Positions 38,129 through 48,875 are shown, numbered from the stretch's first letter. The stretch is 64,000 bases of DNA from a virus (IMGVR_UViG_2541046997_000001:99307-163306); one strand, 5' to 3'. The notes: generated by a model not told the origin, from the letters alone. Numbers and translations are program-made.

Positions 38129-38542
38129 ATGAAAGTATTTTTGGGTGGAACATGTTCTGGTAGAAAATGGAGAGATGAATTAATTCCGTTATTAAAATGT
38201 GAGTATTATAATCCGATTGTAAAAAATTGGAGTGAAAAAGATAGGATAAGAGAAGTAAAAGAAAGAGAAAATGCAGATATAATTTTATATACAGTTACAA
38301 GTGGAATTAGGGGAGTGTATTCTATTGCGGAAGTCGTAGACGACAGTAATAAAAGATCTGATAAAACTATATTTTGTAATTTATATTCAAATGGGGAAAA
38401 GCATTTAACAGGATATAGAAAACAAATGGCTCATAGTTTGGCGGCGACAGAAAATTTAATTTCACAGAATGGAGTTAAAGTTTTTCACGATTTAAAATTT
38501 GTTGCAGAATATATTAATTCATTATGCGGAAAGGTGGAGTAA
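38129..38542 (+). CDS. Nucleoside 2-deoxyribosyltransferase-like (DUF4406/DUF1937-like) small flavodoxin-fold protein.
   Basis: N-terminal KVFLGGTCSG...W and mid ADIILYTV pattern, typical of Rcl/NDT-like proteins. A weak call. Confidence 0.35.
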   Translation: MKVFLGGTCSGRKWRDELIPLLKCEYYNPIVKNWSEKDRIREVKERENADIILYTVTSGIRGVYSIAEVVDDSNKRSDKTIFCNLYSNGEKHLTGYRKQMAHSLAATENLISQNGVKVFHDLKFVAEYINSLCGKVE

Positions 38543-38548
38543 AAAAGT

Positions 38549-38830
38549 ATGATAATACTAAATATTATCATGTGTCATTTGATTGGCGATTATGTTTTGC
38601 AATGTGACTTTATTGCAAAGACAAAAGGTCAGAATTGGTATCACTTATTTGTACATTGTTTCCTATATTGCGTTCCGTTTTACATTATATTTGGATTTGA
38701 ATGGAAGTTATTGATTTTGTTTGTTTCGCATTTAGTAGTAGATGTTGGAAAAGCAAGGTATAAAAAAATTGGATATATAGAAGATCAGATATGGCATTAC
38801 TATTTTGCAACTGTTTATTTAATCCCATGA
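38549..38830 (+). CDS. Small membrane protein.
   Basis: Hydrophobic helices. Confidence 0.45.
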   Translation: MIILNIIMCHLIGDYVLQCDFIAKTKGQNWYHLFVHCFLYCVPFYIIFGFEWKLLILFVSHLVVDVGKARYKKIGYIEDQIWHYYFATVYLIP

Positions 38831-38873
38831 TAGTTGATTATAATTATATTTTTATGGAGAATAAGAAAGAAAT

Positions 38874-39599
38874 ATGAAATTAACAAGAGAAGAAGCAATA
38901 TCATGGCACAGAAAAATGTGGAATTGGATTGCAGATAGGATTGAAGAAGAAAAGACATGTCAGAATATTGCTGATTTAAAAGAAGAGTATTGCGAACAGA
39001 ATAATTTTACAATAAGAAATGGGTGTTTTTGTTGTGAATATGCAAATGAGAATTGTTACAATTGTCCACTAAACTGGGATAGCAATCTTGCGGAATACAT
39101 GTGCGAACAAAAATACGAAGAAGACGACGATAGGGGGTTATATTCCTTATGTTGTGAGGTGAAGAATGATTGGAAACGACAAGCAAAATTAGCAAGAGAG
39201 ATTGCCAGCATACAAGAGAAAGAAGTAAATAACGAGAACAGACTTACTTATATAACAGAGTTAGGTGCTTGTTTAGACAAAGATAGTGAATGTCCTACGT
39301 GTAGTATTTGTTGGAATTGTAATATTCCAGTAAAAGAATGTCCATACATATACGATGCAATAGAAAAACTTGCAGAATATGAGGACACAGAGTTATCTCC
39401 TAGGCAGGTATTGCAGTTAAAGGGACGTAATATAGAAAAGAAACCAGATATTGAAGGTGATGGATGTGATCAAGAAGGAAATCTGATTTATGATACATGG
39501 ATATGTCCAAGCTGTAATGAGTATTATGAAATTGATTACGATGAATACGATTTTTGTCCGAAATGCGGACAACGGATTGACAGGAGGGAATTACATTAA
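38874..39599 (+). CDS. Cys-rich (multi zinc-ribbon) protein.
   Basis: Many CxxC pairs. Confidence 0.5.
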   Translation: MKLTREEAISWHRKMWNWIADRIEEEKTCQNIADLKEEYCEQNNFTIRNGCFCCEYANENCYNCPLNWDSNLAEYMCEQKYEEDDDRGLYSLCCEVKNDWKRQAKLAREIASIQEKEVNNENRLTYITELGACLDKDSECPTCSICWNCNIPVKECPYIYDAIEKLAEYEDTELSPRQVLQLKGRNIEKKPDIEGDGCDQEGNLIYDTWICPSCNEYYEIDYDEYDFCPKCGQRIDRRELH

Positions 39600-39812
39600 A
39601 TGGAATTTATTATTTCTCATATTATTCACGCCGTAGCTCACATCGTAGGGTTTGTGGCGGGATTCACATTAGCACTCCTATATGATAACAGGTATAAATT
39701 AAAAAAGAATAAATATAATGAGTGTTCTGAATGTAGGTGGAATGTAATGAATGGTGGTACTTGTTATGAAGTAAAAGAATCATGCTATCAATTTATAAAG
39801 GCAAACAAATAA
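39600..39812 (+). CDS. Small membrane/zinc-ribbon protein.
   Basis: ORF only. Confidence 0.4.
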   Translation: MEFIISHIIHAVAHIVGFVAGFTLALLYDNRYKLKKNKYNECSECRWNVMNGGTCYEVKESCYQFIKANK

Positions 39813-39825
39813 TGAGGAGAATCAT

Positions 39826-40299
39826 ATGACGAAGAAAGAAGAATTAATCAGAGATTACGAGGCATTGAAGGAAAATTGTATTGCGTTAACATTATGGATT
39901 CATATGCCGACAGGAGAAATAGAAACTATTACAAATCCAAACGTAGTAGAGAAAATGAAATATGTAGAAAAAACTTATACTGATGAATTGGTTCATACAA
40001 ATTGTCTTGATATTTATATTGAATCATGGGAGTTTAAGCAGCATGAAAAGCAAATTACATTTGGACAAGCTTGTGATTTGATGAAATATTCTGGAGTGAA
40101 AATCAAAAGACCAGAATGGGAAGAAAAAGAATATGCTTATTATCTAAATTCAAAAAGTAGAAGGAGGGTAGCGAGAGAATTATTTGGAGAGAACAATATC
40201 AAAGAGGGTTATCTAAAAGATTCTAAAGATAAAGCAACAGAGCTTTGGATCCCAACATTATATGAATCAGTTGCAAATGACTATTCTGTAGTAATGTAA
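39826..40299 (+). CDS. Hypothetical protein.
   Basis: ORF with RBS GAGGAGAATC. Confidence 0.5.
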   Translation: MTKKEELIRDYEALKENCIALTLWIHMPTGEIETITNPNVVEKMKYVEKTYTDELVHTNCLDIYIESWEFKQHEKQITFGQACDLMKYSGVKIKRPEWEEKEYAYYLNSKSRRRVARELFGENNIKEGYLKDSKDKATELWIPTLYESVANDYSVVM

Positions 40300-40522
40300 T
40301 TTTTTTGATCATCTTGTTCTAATTACTCTAAAACAAATAGCATATCAAATCTTTATAGTTTAGAAAAATTCAAAGTAGAAATTGAATATTTATAGTGAAA
40401 AATTTACTGAGCAAGTTCAGTAGTTTCTTAAGTGCACCCAAAATCGGGGGTTTATATAGATTTTACATAGAGCAACTCTATATTCCGGCTGAAATTCAGT
40501 CGTTCATATATACAAAAATTTA

Positions 40523-41755
40523 ATGTACAGAAGGAGATTTTATTTTATGAATTTTGAAATGACAGGAAAACTTAGTATCTCAAAGGAAACAGAGAAATTT
40601 AAACCGTGGGAAGAAAAAACATATGATTCAGGATGGGTAAAAAGAAGACTTTTGTTCAATGTGACTTGTGGAGACAACAGACATATGTTAGCAGTTGATG
40701 ATGGTTCATTCGAAGATGGACACGGAGATGTTTATACATTTACAAAAGCAACAGTAGATGAATCTGGAAATAAAAAGAAAGGTGAATCTATTACAATTCC
40801 TTTTAAAGAAAGACTTACTTCTCCAAAGATTGCTGAAGTTGCTGAATTTAAAAAATATGTTTTTGATCTGGAGAAACCAGGAAGAAGATATGGGCTAGAG
40901 AAAGCGGCTGAAAGATTAAAAGAGGGAAGGAACCTTACAGATGAAGAACTTAAAGATTTGGGACTTGAGAATGAGTCCGAAGTTACAGAGGCATTAGAAA
41001 AAAGTAGAAAGAAACGTCACGAGTTTATTACAAAGTGGGATTACGCAGAATTTATTAAGAAGGTAATTGATAGCGGGAAGTATTCTGATGCAAAATTCTT
41101 TATTCGTGGAAATGGAGAGTATTCATACTCTGAAAATAACGAAAGAGTATATGAATCATATGTGCCTAATCGTATTTATCTTGCAGCGGACGATGCAGAA
41201 GAGAGTTCAACTGCAACAGTAAACATCCTGTTCAATGGTGAAAGTCTTGATACGATGAGCGCAGACGAGAAGAAAAAATATTATGTGAATGGCTGGATGA
41301 TGGAATACGACAACAATAGAAGAGGCAATATTCCAGTTCCGGTTACTGTAACAATTCCGCTTCCATCAGAAGATACAGACCAAAAAGCAAAACGCAGAGT
41401 AGAGTCACTGAAGCATAAATTTACAGTAGAAGATGAGTCTATTAAAGAGTATGGCGTTGTAGTAAACATGTTAAATGGTGCTCAGAAAACAGAAATCACA
41501 GAGGACATGCTTACAGATGAACAGAGAGACGACCTTGAATGTGGTCTTATTACAATGGATGACATTAGAGCAGAACTTGGGGGAAGTATTTATGGCGAAC
41601 GAATTCGTGAATACGAATTTGTAAAACCAGCAAGAGGATTTACAAAAGGAAGACAGGACACTGTTTACACAGTAGAAGACATGGTTATCAGACCAATCGA
41701 AGAAACTCTTCCAGATGGAGTAGAAGACTTATTCGATGATGACGATGATCTTTAA
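40523..41755 (+). CDS. Putative ssDNA-binding protein with an acidic C-terminal tail. The likely start is ATG 40548.
   Basis: C-terminal DLFDDDDDL tail as in SSBs. Sits at the head of the replication module. The OB fold is not verifiable by eye. Confidence 0.35.
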   Translation: MYRRRFYFMNFEMTGKLSISKETEKFKPWEEKTYDSGWVKRRLLFNVTCGDNRHMLAVDDGSFEDGHGDVYTFTKATVDESGNKKKGESITIPFKERLTSPKIAEVAEFKKYVFDLEKPGRRYGLEKAAERLKEGRNLTDEELKDLGLENESEVTEALEKSRKKRHEFITKWDYAEFIKKVIDSGKYSDAKFFIRGNGEYSYSENNERVYESYVPNRIYLAADDAEESSTATVNILFNGESLDTMSADEKKKYYVNGWMMEYDNNRRGNIPVPVTVTIPLPSEDTDQKAKRRVESLKHKFTVEDESIKEYGVVVNMLNGAQKTEITEDMLTDEQRDDLECGLITMDDIRAELGGSIYGERIREYEFVKPARGFTKGRQDTVYTVEDMVIRPIEETLPDGVEDLFDDDDDL

Positions 41756-41758
41756 GAT

Positions 41759-41778
41759 AGAGGGCGAATTTGCCCTCT
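41759..41778 (+). terminator. GC-rich hairpin (AGAGGGC-GAATTT-GCCCTCT) after the SSB-like gene.
   Basis: 7-bp GC-rich stem. The downstream sequence is TTAAAT. Confidence 0.45.
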
Positions 41779-41797
41779 TAAATCGAGGAGATAAGGT

Positions 41798-43048
41798 GTG
41801 AGTTTAATTGATGAAAGAAAATGGTCTGTTTATATTCATACGACTCCAAGCAATAAGAAATATATTGGAATTACTTCAAAATCACCAAAGGCACGATGGA
41901 AGAATGGAAATGGTTATAGAAACAATAATCATTTTACAAATGCAATCAAAAAATATGGTTGGGACAATATAGCGCATGAAGTTGTCGCTAATAATCTGAC
42001 GGAAACAGAAGCGATGGATATGGAGAAAAGGCTTATAAAAGAATACGACACAATGAATCCAGATAAAGGATACAACAGAACATCTGGAGGAGAAGTTGGG
42101 AAAAAGTTATCTCCTGAATTAATTGAAGCGCAAAGACGATTGGCAAAAAAGATGTGGGAAAATGAAGATTTTAAAAAGAAAATGTCTGAGTTGTCAAAAA
42201 GTAGAGTTGGAGATAAAAATCCTAATTACGGCAACCATAAATTAGCAGGGAAAAATAATCCTAATTATGGCAAGAAGATGTCGGATGAAACCAAAAAGAA
42301 GATAAAAGACTCTAAAAAGAATCTGTCTGATGAAACAAGAAGAAAACTAAGTATAGCTGCAAAATCAAGAATGACACCAGAGTTTAAAGAATATTTAAGA
42401 CAAATTCATATTGGGATGAAACATTCTACTGAGTCAAGAAAGAAAATGTCGGTTTCTCAAAAAAATAGATGGACACCTGAATTAAGAAAAGAGTTTGGTG
42501 AAAAATTTATTGGTGAAAAGAACCCCAATTACGGAAAACATATGTCAGAAGAAAATAAAAAAATATTACGTGAAAAATTGTCAGGTGAAAATAGTGTATG
42601 GTTTGGTAAAAAGCATACAGAAGAGGAAAAGAAAAAGATGCATGATTCGAGTCCTTTGAAGAAATCAGTTATTCAGTTGGATCTAAATGGAAAATATTTG
42701 AATGAGTATAGTAGTTACACATATGCGGCAAAAGCAGTGAATGGAAAAGAAAGTAGCATAAGTGAATGCTGTAGGGGTCATGCAGCTTCAGCATATGGAT
42801 ATTTGTGGGTTAATAAAGATGAATATGATAAAAATAAAATTTATAAAAAAAATAAACCAAAACATACAAAAGAAGTAGTTCAATTAGATGAAAATAAAGA
42901 AGTTATAAATACATTCGACACTGTAGCACTTGCTGCGAAGAGTATAGATCGTAAACCACAAAATTTAGGACATGCATGTAAAACTGGATACAAATGCGGT
43001 GGATATTATTGGATGTATATGAGTGATTATAAATTAAAAGGAGAATAA
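41798..43048 (+). CDS. GIY-YIG homing endonuclease (I-TevI/Seg-like) with NUMOD3 repeats. It starts with GTG.
   Basis: VYIHTTPSNKKYIGIT...R...E GIY-YIG core, repeated NPNYGxxM/KxSxETKKK NUMOD3 motifs, and a C-terminal DNA-binding module. Confidence 0.8.
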   Translation: MSLIDERKWSVYIHTTPSNKKYIGITSKSPKARWKNGNGYRNNNHFTNAIKKYGWDNIAHEVVANNLTETEAMDMEKRLIKEYDTMNPDKGYNRTSGGEVGKKLSPELIEAQRRLAKKMWENEDFKKKMSELSKSRVGDKNPNYGNHKLAGKNNPNYGKKMSDETKKKIKDSKKNLSDETRRKLSIAAKSRMTPEFKEYLRQIHIGMKHSTESRKKMSVSQKNRWTPELRKEFGEKFIGEKNPNYGKHMSEENKKILREKLSGENSVWFGKKHTEEEKKKMHDSSPLKKSVIQLDLNGKYLNEYSSYTYAAKAVNGKESSISECCRGHAASAYGYLWVNKDEYDKNKIYKKNKPKHTKEVVQLDENKEVINTFDTVALAAKSIDRKPQNLGHACKTGYKCGGYYWMYMSDYKLKGE

Positions 43049-43050
43049 AA

Positions 43051-44178
43051 ATGGCATTTAAAAAACCAACAGTAAAAAGATCAGCAACAGATATTAGTAA
43101 AATCACAGGATTTATTATGGGCGTTCGTAAATTTGGTAAAACAACTTTATGGGCTGATATGATTAATGAAAAATTTGGAGATCCAGAAATGGGACTTTTA
43201 GTTTCATGTGGTATGGAGCATGGTACAAATATGATTGATAATATCAACACGACTCATATCAATACATATAAAGAAATGGACGAATTGAAAAAATGGCTTA
43301 TTTCAGAAAAGGGTAAGGAGCACAAAATTCAAATGGTTTGTTTTGACAGTGCCGAAGAATTTTTTAGCATTTTTGAGTCGGAAACAATTAGACGATCTAA
43401 CATTGAGAATAAAAAAACTGTTAAATCTATTAAGGCAGCATATGGTGGTTACACAAATGGAGAAAAAGAATGTGCAAAAATCGTGAAAGATTTCCTTAAT
43501 GAATTGTATAACAGTGGAATTATCCCGTGGATGATTGGACATAGCAAATTAAAAACAGTAAAAGATAAAGCATCTTTGGACGAGGAAGGTTTCCAGAAAC
43601 TTGGTTCTTCTTTAATCGCGGATTATGAAGCTGCGATCGCAGATTGTTTTGATATTGCTGTAACGGGATTAATTGATAGAGAAATTGAAGAGCGAGGTGA
43701 CGGAGATTCTATTAAAAGATATGTAAAGGAAACCGAAAGAAGGCTATATTTTAGATCGAATGAGATTGTGGAAGCGGGAGGAAGATTAAAAGATTTAACT
43801 GTTCCAGAATATATCCCATTTGATAAGCCAAATATGGCAAAAGATTTCATTGAAACCGTGGAAAATGCGTTAAAAGCCGGAAGAAAACCATTAGAAAATA
43901 TACCTGTCGCACCTGTAAACGAAAAACCAGTTGTCAAAGTACAGGAAGAAAATATTGATGAAGTACCTTTCGAGGAAGATATTTTAGATGAAACGTTTTC
44001 AGAAAGTGAAACTGTTTCTGAATATCCGGATAATCTTGATGCAGTGATCAGAAAAATGTTTAAAGAATGTACGGATCCAGAATTAAAATCTTCAGTAAGA
44101 GAAGTGATTTCTGAGTATGGTAAATTGAATGATGTTGACAGAGAAGGACTTGAGAAAATTTACGATATGATGAAATAG
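43051..44178 (+). CDS. AAA_24/Sak4-like RecA-fold ATPase with an acidic C-terminus.
   Basis: Walker A GVRKFGKTT near the N-terminus. Walker B-like VCFDSAEE. Confidence 0.55.
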   Translation: MAFKKPTVKRSATDISKITGFIMGVRKFGKTTLWADMINEKFGDPEMGLLVSCGMEHGTNMIDNINTTHINTYKEMDELKKWLISEKGKEHKIQMVCFDSAEEFFSIFESETIRRSNIENKKTVKSIKAAYGGYTNGEKECAKIVKDFLNELYNSGIIPWMIGHSKLKTVKDKASLDEEGFQKLGSSLIADYEAAIADCFDIAVTGLIDREIEERGDGDSIKRYVKETERRLYFRSNEIVEAGGRLKDLTVPEYIPFDKPNMAKDFIETVENALKAGRKPLENIPVAPVNEKPVVKVQEENIDEVPFEEDILDETFSESETVSEYPDNLDAVIRKMFKECTDPELKSSVREVISEYGKLNDVDREGLEKIYDMMK

Positions 44179-44187
44179 GAGAAATAG

Positions 44188-44688
44188 ATGTTAGTTAAGT
44201 GCAGAAAGTGTGGGAATAAAGTAGAACGCAGCAATGCATTTAAGGTAGTAGTGGGTGGGAAGAACACCTACTACTGCAATAAAGACGAATATAATGAAAT
44301 TTTAAAATATAGAGAATTGAAGGATACAACATATTCATACATCAATAATATATTCGGGTACAAGGTTACAAATACAAGTCTTTACAAAGAAGTAAATGAG
44401 ATTGTTGATGTATTTGGATATGAGTTACTTATTTCTTATTTGAATGAAAATGAATCGTATTTATCATCAGTTATGCAAGGAAAAGATTTCCCAAAAGAAT
44501 ATGGGAAGATTAGGTATTTTGCAGCCATATTGAAAAATTCATTGGTTGATTATGAAAATATCTCAGATAAAAATGATAAAAAATATGAAAAATATATTGA
44601 GTATGATTTACCGGAAATGAAATTTAAGAGAAAGAAAAATAAAAGAAGTTTATCTGAAATTGAGACGGAAGTTGGTGGTTGGTTATAG
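44188..44688 (+). CDS. Hypothetical protein with an N-terminal zinc ribbon, a possible helicase-loader or accessory protein.
   Basis: CRKCGNK...YYCNKDE motifs. Its position lies between the ATPase and the helicase. Confidence 0.45.
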   Translation: MLVKCRKCGNKVERSNAFKVVVGGKNTYYCNKDEYNEILKYRELKDTTYSYINNIFGYKVTNTSLYKEVNEIVDVFGYELLISYLNENESYLSSVMQGKDFPKEYGKIRYFAAILKNSLVDYENISDKNDKKYEKYIEYDLPEMKFKRKKNKRSLSEIETEVGGWL

Positions 44689-46238
44689 ATATCGAATTTA
44701 TTACAGGAGTAAAAGAAAAATATCCAGCATCACTTTTAAAGGGAAGAATAGAAATCGAAGGAAACGTAATTAGCTGCTTTTTTAAAGACATGCTGTTACT
44801 GGATGACACCACATTTAAAAAAGAAGATTTTGTAACTAAGGACGGAAGATTTTATTTTTGTATGCTTGAATTATTACGAAAAAAAGGATTCTATTCACTG
44901 GATGAAATTACCATTTTATCAAACCTAAAACCTGAGATCATAGAACGTTTTGAAGATATGGGTGGTTGGGAAACTATACAGCATCAGATTGACATTATTA
45001 ATACTCAAAATTTTGATATATATGTTGACATTATGTATAGAGAAAATATTTTATTACATATGCATGATGACGGTTTTAATCTGCTAAAGACAATAGACAT
45101 CAATGGAAAACAGATAACTCCAATTGCACTTTTCAGAAAAATGTCGGCTGAAGAAGTGACAGACTGGTACGAAGCAAGACTTAGTTCATATGGTACGGGA
45201 TATTCAAGCAAAATTATTGAGGAAGAAGAAATTGATTTTGATGATGAATTCATTGATTCATGTAGCAGCGGGGAAGAAAATGGTGTCCCGTTTGATATAG
45301 CTGGGTATGACAAAAATGGTGAAGAAATTAATTGCTTTCCATTTTTATCAAGACAAACAATGGGGTTGTTAGAAGGTACATTTACTATGATGGGAGGATT
45401 CTCCAGTGCCGGTAAATCTACTTGGTGGGTTACAGTAATCATGGCTCTACTTTATTATGACAGAAAAGTATTGATTATTTCAAACGAGGAAAATATCAAG
45501 AAATTTAAAATCAAATTCATGGTATGGCTGCTTGGCAAAAGAAATCGGTATTTTAAGCTTACAAAAAAGAAAATGGGATCCGGTGATATTAGTAAAGAAA
45601 GTAGAGAGCAATTATCAGATGTTCAGAAATTTTGGAGAGAAAATTATAAAGGAAAAGTAAAGTTTATTGCAATCAGCGATGCGGACATGAGCATTGTTAA
45701 AAAGAAAATTCGTGAGAACGTATTAAGATACGGATACGATACAGTTTTGTATGACACATTTAAAATTCAGGATGGAGACTTTCAAGGACAAAGACAAGAT
45801 TTATCTCTCGTAAGAGATAGCCGTGAACTGGATAAAATGGCAAAAAAATACGGCATTATCATGTTGGCATCCGTCCAATTGGCAGAATATATGAAAGGCA
45901 AGCTATTTTTAGATAGCTCAGTATTGTCGAACTCAAAACAGATTAAGGAAGTGCTTGAGAACCTTTTCTTAATGAGAACAGTATATGATGAGGAACTTGA
46001 TGAAAAAAGTAAATACTACTGTAAACCATTTAGATTAAAAAAAGTGAATGATAAATGGATTGAAGAAGAATATAAGCCGGATCGAAATGCTGTGTGGAGA
46101 GCGTTATTTGTTGAGAAAACAAGAAGCGGATCAAACTCTTCTGATACAGGAGTTGGATATTTGCTCAAATTTTCAGGAGATCATTGTATTTTTAGAGAAG
46201 TTGCACAGGCACGATTTAAACACGGTGAAATAAGATAA
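44679..46238 (+). CDS. dnaB: DnaB-family replicative DNA helicase.
   Basis: Walker A GGFSSAGKST in the C-terminal RecA-like domain, and the DnaB-like arrangement. Confidence 0.75.
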   Translation: MVIDIEFITGVKEKYPASLLKGRIEIEGNVISCFFKDMLLLDDTTFKKEDFVTKDGRFYFCMLELLRKKGFYSLDEITILSNLKPEIIERFEDMGGWETIQHQIDIINTQNFDIYVDIMYRENILLHMHDDGFNLLKTIDINGKQITPIALFRKMSAEEVTDWYEARLSSYGTGYSSKIIEEEEIDFDDEFIDSCSSGEENGVPFDIAGYDKNGEEINCFPFLSRQTMGLLEGTFTMMGGFSSAGKSTWWVTVIMALLYYDRKVLIISNEENIKKFKIKFMVWLLGKRNRYFKLTKKKMGSGDISKESREQLSDVQKFWRENYKGKVKFIAISDADMSIVKKKIRENVLRYGYDTVLYDTFKIQDGDFQGQRQDLSLVRDSRELDKMAKKYGIIMLASVQLAEYMKGKLFLDSSVLSNSKQIKEVLENLFLMRTVYDEELDEKSKYYCKPFRLKKVNDKWIEEEYKPDRNAVWRALFVEKTRSGSNSSDTGVGYLLKFSGDHCIFREVAQARFKHGEIR

Positions 46239-46255
46239 GAAACTTGGAGTGATAT

Positions 46256-47290
46256 ATGCTTGAAGATATTAAGAAGGAATTGTTAAACAATCCAGAAAAG
46301 ATAAAAGAAGTATTAGAATATTTTGGATTTAGAAACATTGTAATTCGAAATACATATATGCATTTTGGTAGAGATGACAACCCAAAATCTTCAAAAAAAT
46401 CCATATCTATTAAATTAGAAAATAATAAATTTCTGTATATTCACGATTATCCAAAAGCGGTACAAAAAGATTTTTTCTCATACATTATGGAAGAAAAGCA
46501 TGTTGATTTTTCAGATGTTTTAAATGAAGTAAAAAGAGTATTAAATATTTCTAATTATTATGAACATTTTGAAAAACGAGGAGTTTTTGGTGGATTTTAT
46601 GAAAAGATTTATAAAAGGAATTCTGGGAAGAATTTCACTTATGACGAAACAATTTTGGATGAATATCAGCCGTTTTGCAATCAAAAATTTCTGAAAGATA
46701 ATATATCGCTCGAAGCTCAAAGATATTTTGGGATTAGATATGATGTAGAATCTCAAGGAATTGTTATCCCGATTTATGATCAAGTTGGTCAAATTATCGG
46801 TGTAAAAGAGCGTTTTAATTATGACATTGAAGATGGAGAAATGAAGTATTTTTACAGTGTTCCATGCAGTATGTCACAGACTCTGTATGGATATTCTCAC
46901 AACTATAGTATTCTGACGAACGGAATCGTATATATTTTTGAAGCTGAGAAATCAGTGATGCAATGTTATACGTATGGAATAAGGAACTGCGTTGCTTTAG
47001 GGAGCGGAACAATAAGTAAAAAGCAGTGCCAAATGATTCTTGAGCTAAATCCAAAGAAGGTTATTTTTATGCACGATGCTGGATTTGAACTTGAGTCGAT
47101 AAACAGAAATATTATGCTGTTAAAAACGTATTCGAGATTCTCGGAAATGGAAGTCGGATACTGGAATTACTTTGATAAAGGATATAGAGATAAAGTTTCT
47201 CCGTCAGATATGGGGAAAGATACCTTACAACACATTATACAAAATGAAATTAAAATGATAGGAGATGATGACATCGACGAAGAACTATAA
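46256..47290 (+). CDS. Toprim-domain DNA primase (DnaG-like, lacking a recognisable zinc finger).
   Basis: Toprim-like VYIFEAEKS...FMHDAGFE. Its position follows the helicase. Confidence 0.5.
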   Translation: MLEDIKKELLNNPEKIKEVLEYFGFRNIVIRNTYMHFGRDDNPKSSKKSISIKLENNKFLYIHDYPKAVQKDFFSYIMEEKHVDFSDVLNEVKRVLNISNYYEHFEKRGVFGGFYEKIYKRNSGKNFTYDETILDEYQPFCNQKFLKDNISLEAQRYFGIRYDVESQGIVIPIYDQVGQIIGVKERFNYDIEDGEMKYFYSVPCSMSQTLYGYSHNYSILTNGIVYIFEAEKSVMQCYTYGIRNCVALGSGTISKKQCQMILELNPKKVIFMHDAGFELESINRNIMLLKTYSRFSEMEVGYWNYFDKGYRDKVSPSDMGKDTLQHIIQNEIKMIGDDDIDEEL

Positions 47291-48875
47291 AGTATTGAAT
47301 GATTGTAGACAAATGTATGAAGACGAGGTGTTTGATGTAATTCTTGAACAAAGAGGAATTACAAATCCGGAACACTTTTTTAATCCAACAGAAGATGATT
47401 TGCTTCCACTGGATAGTTTGTTTCGGATCGAAGATGCATTTAGAAGAGTTGATAAGGCTATAAAAGAAGACGAAAAGATTTCTATATTATTTGATACAGA
47501 CTTGGACGGAACGTCATCTGGGGCGATTATCACTCGATATTTAAAAAACTTTACAAGCAATATTAAGACGTATATTGATGAAGGGAAGCAGCATGGTCTT
47601 ATTGGACAAGATATTGAAAAATTTCATGATGTTGATTTGTTGATAATTGTGGATAGTCTTGATAAAGATGAAAGCCAATACAAGAAACTGCACGAATCCG
47701 GAACCGATATTATTATATTAGATCATCACGCGATAAAGGAAATAATCCCGTATGATAAATACGCAATTCTAGTGTCTTCGCAAAGAAATTATGGTAATCC
47801 TCAACTATCTGGTGCGGGAGTAACATGGAAGTTTTGTAAATATATGGATGAACAGTATTTGACAGGGTACGCGGATGAATTAGCCGATCTTGCTGCATGC
47901 GGGTTAGTTGGAGATATGATGGATATGACCGTTATGGAGAATAGATACATTGTATCGAAAGGTTTGTCTAAAATTTATAATCCGGCAATTAAAAAGATTG
48001 TAGGTGGATTTGAGTTTAATAGTAACGCCATTTCGTTCAGTGTCGCTCCCATTATAAATGCAAGTAATAGAATTGGGAAAAATGATATTGCTATGAAGGC
48101 ATTCATAGAAGATGATAATAAGATTCTTCTAAAATATATGAGAGAACTAAAGAAGTGTAAAGAACTGCAAAATGAAGAAGTAGACAGGATTTTGCCTAAT
48201 GCAATTCAATCATGTGAAGAACAGAAAGATAAAAAAATGATAGTCGTGTTTATAAATACAGATTATGGGATCAGTGGATTATTAGGGAATAAACTCCTTG
48301 AAAAATATCAACGACCTATTTTGATTTTAAAAGATTGCGGAGATACATACAAAGGTTCTATGAGAGCAACCGGAGTTGATGACTTTAGAAAAATTTGTAA
48401 CGAAAGCGGTTTAGCAAAAGCAGACGGACATGAATTGGCTAGTGGTATTGAGATAAAAAAAGAACTGTTAAATGAATTTACATTATATATAGAAGAAACT
48501 CTTTCAGAATTAAAAAGTGATTCTGTTGTGGATGTAGATATTCAGCTCGATATTTCTGATATTACGAGAAAAATGGTGGATCTGATTAAAAGCATCGATA
48601 AAATTTCCGGAGCAAATTTCAAGCCTATTAAAGTTTATATTAATAATATCTATGATTATGAGATCGGTAATATGAGTGATTATAAGCATCTAACCATAAA
48701 ACCGAATGATTATCTTCTTATTATAAAGTGGAACTATAATGGTTCATTTGACGTAATGGAAGATCATAGTTTAGTTAATGACGAATTGAAGGTCGTTGGA
48801 ACGGTTGATTCTGGTTTCTTAGGTAGAAAGTTTGTATTAAAAGTAGTCTGTGATGAGATTGAAGAGGTGGAATAA
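47265..48875 (+). CDS. RecJ-like DHH-family ssDNA exonuclease.
   Basis: ILFDTDLDGTSSG (motif I), DLLIIVD (motif II), ILDHH (motif III), and ADGHELASG (DHHA1 motif). Confidence 0.7.
   Translation: MMTSTKNYKVLNDCRQMYEDEVFDVILEQRGITNPEHFFNPTEDDLLPLDSLFRIEDAFRRVDKAIKEDEKISILFDTDLDGTSSGAIITRYLKNFTSNIKTYIDEGKQHGLIGQDIEKFHDVDLLIIVDSLDKDESQYKKLHESGTDIIILDHHAIKEIIPYDKYAILVSSQRNYGNPQLSGAGVTWKFCKYMDEQYLTGYADELADLAACGLVGDMMDMTVMENRYIVSKGLSKIYNPAIKKIVGGFEFNSNAISFSVAPIINASNRIGKNDIAMKAFIEDDNKILLKYMRELKKCKELQNEEVDRILPNAIQSCEEQKDKKMIVVFINTDYGISGLLGNKLLEKYQRPILILKDCGDTYKGSMRATGVDDFRKICNESGLAKADGHELASGIEIKKELLNEFTLYIEETLSELKSDSVVDVDIQLDISDITRKMVDLIKSIDKISGANFKPIKVYINNIYDYEIGNMSDYKHLTIKPNDYLLIIKWNYNGSFDVMEDHSLVNDELKVVGTVDSGFLGRKFVLKVVCDEIEEVE

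Noticed and set aside
40300-40547. Replication origin or strong promoter upstream of the SSB-like gene (small ATAGAG-CAA-CTCTAT hairpin, AT-rich tract).
   Set aside because: There is only a 6-bp stem and no iterons or DnaA-box-like repeats that I can see. It is probably just a promoter region.
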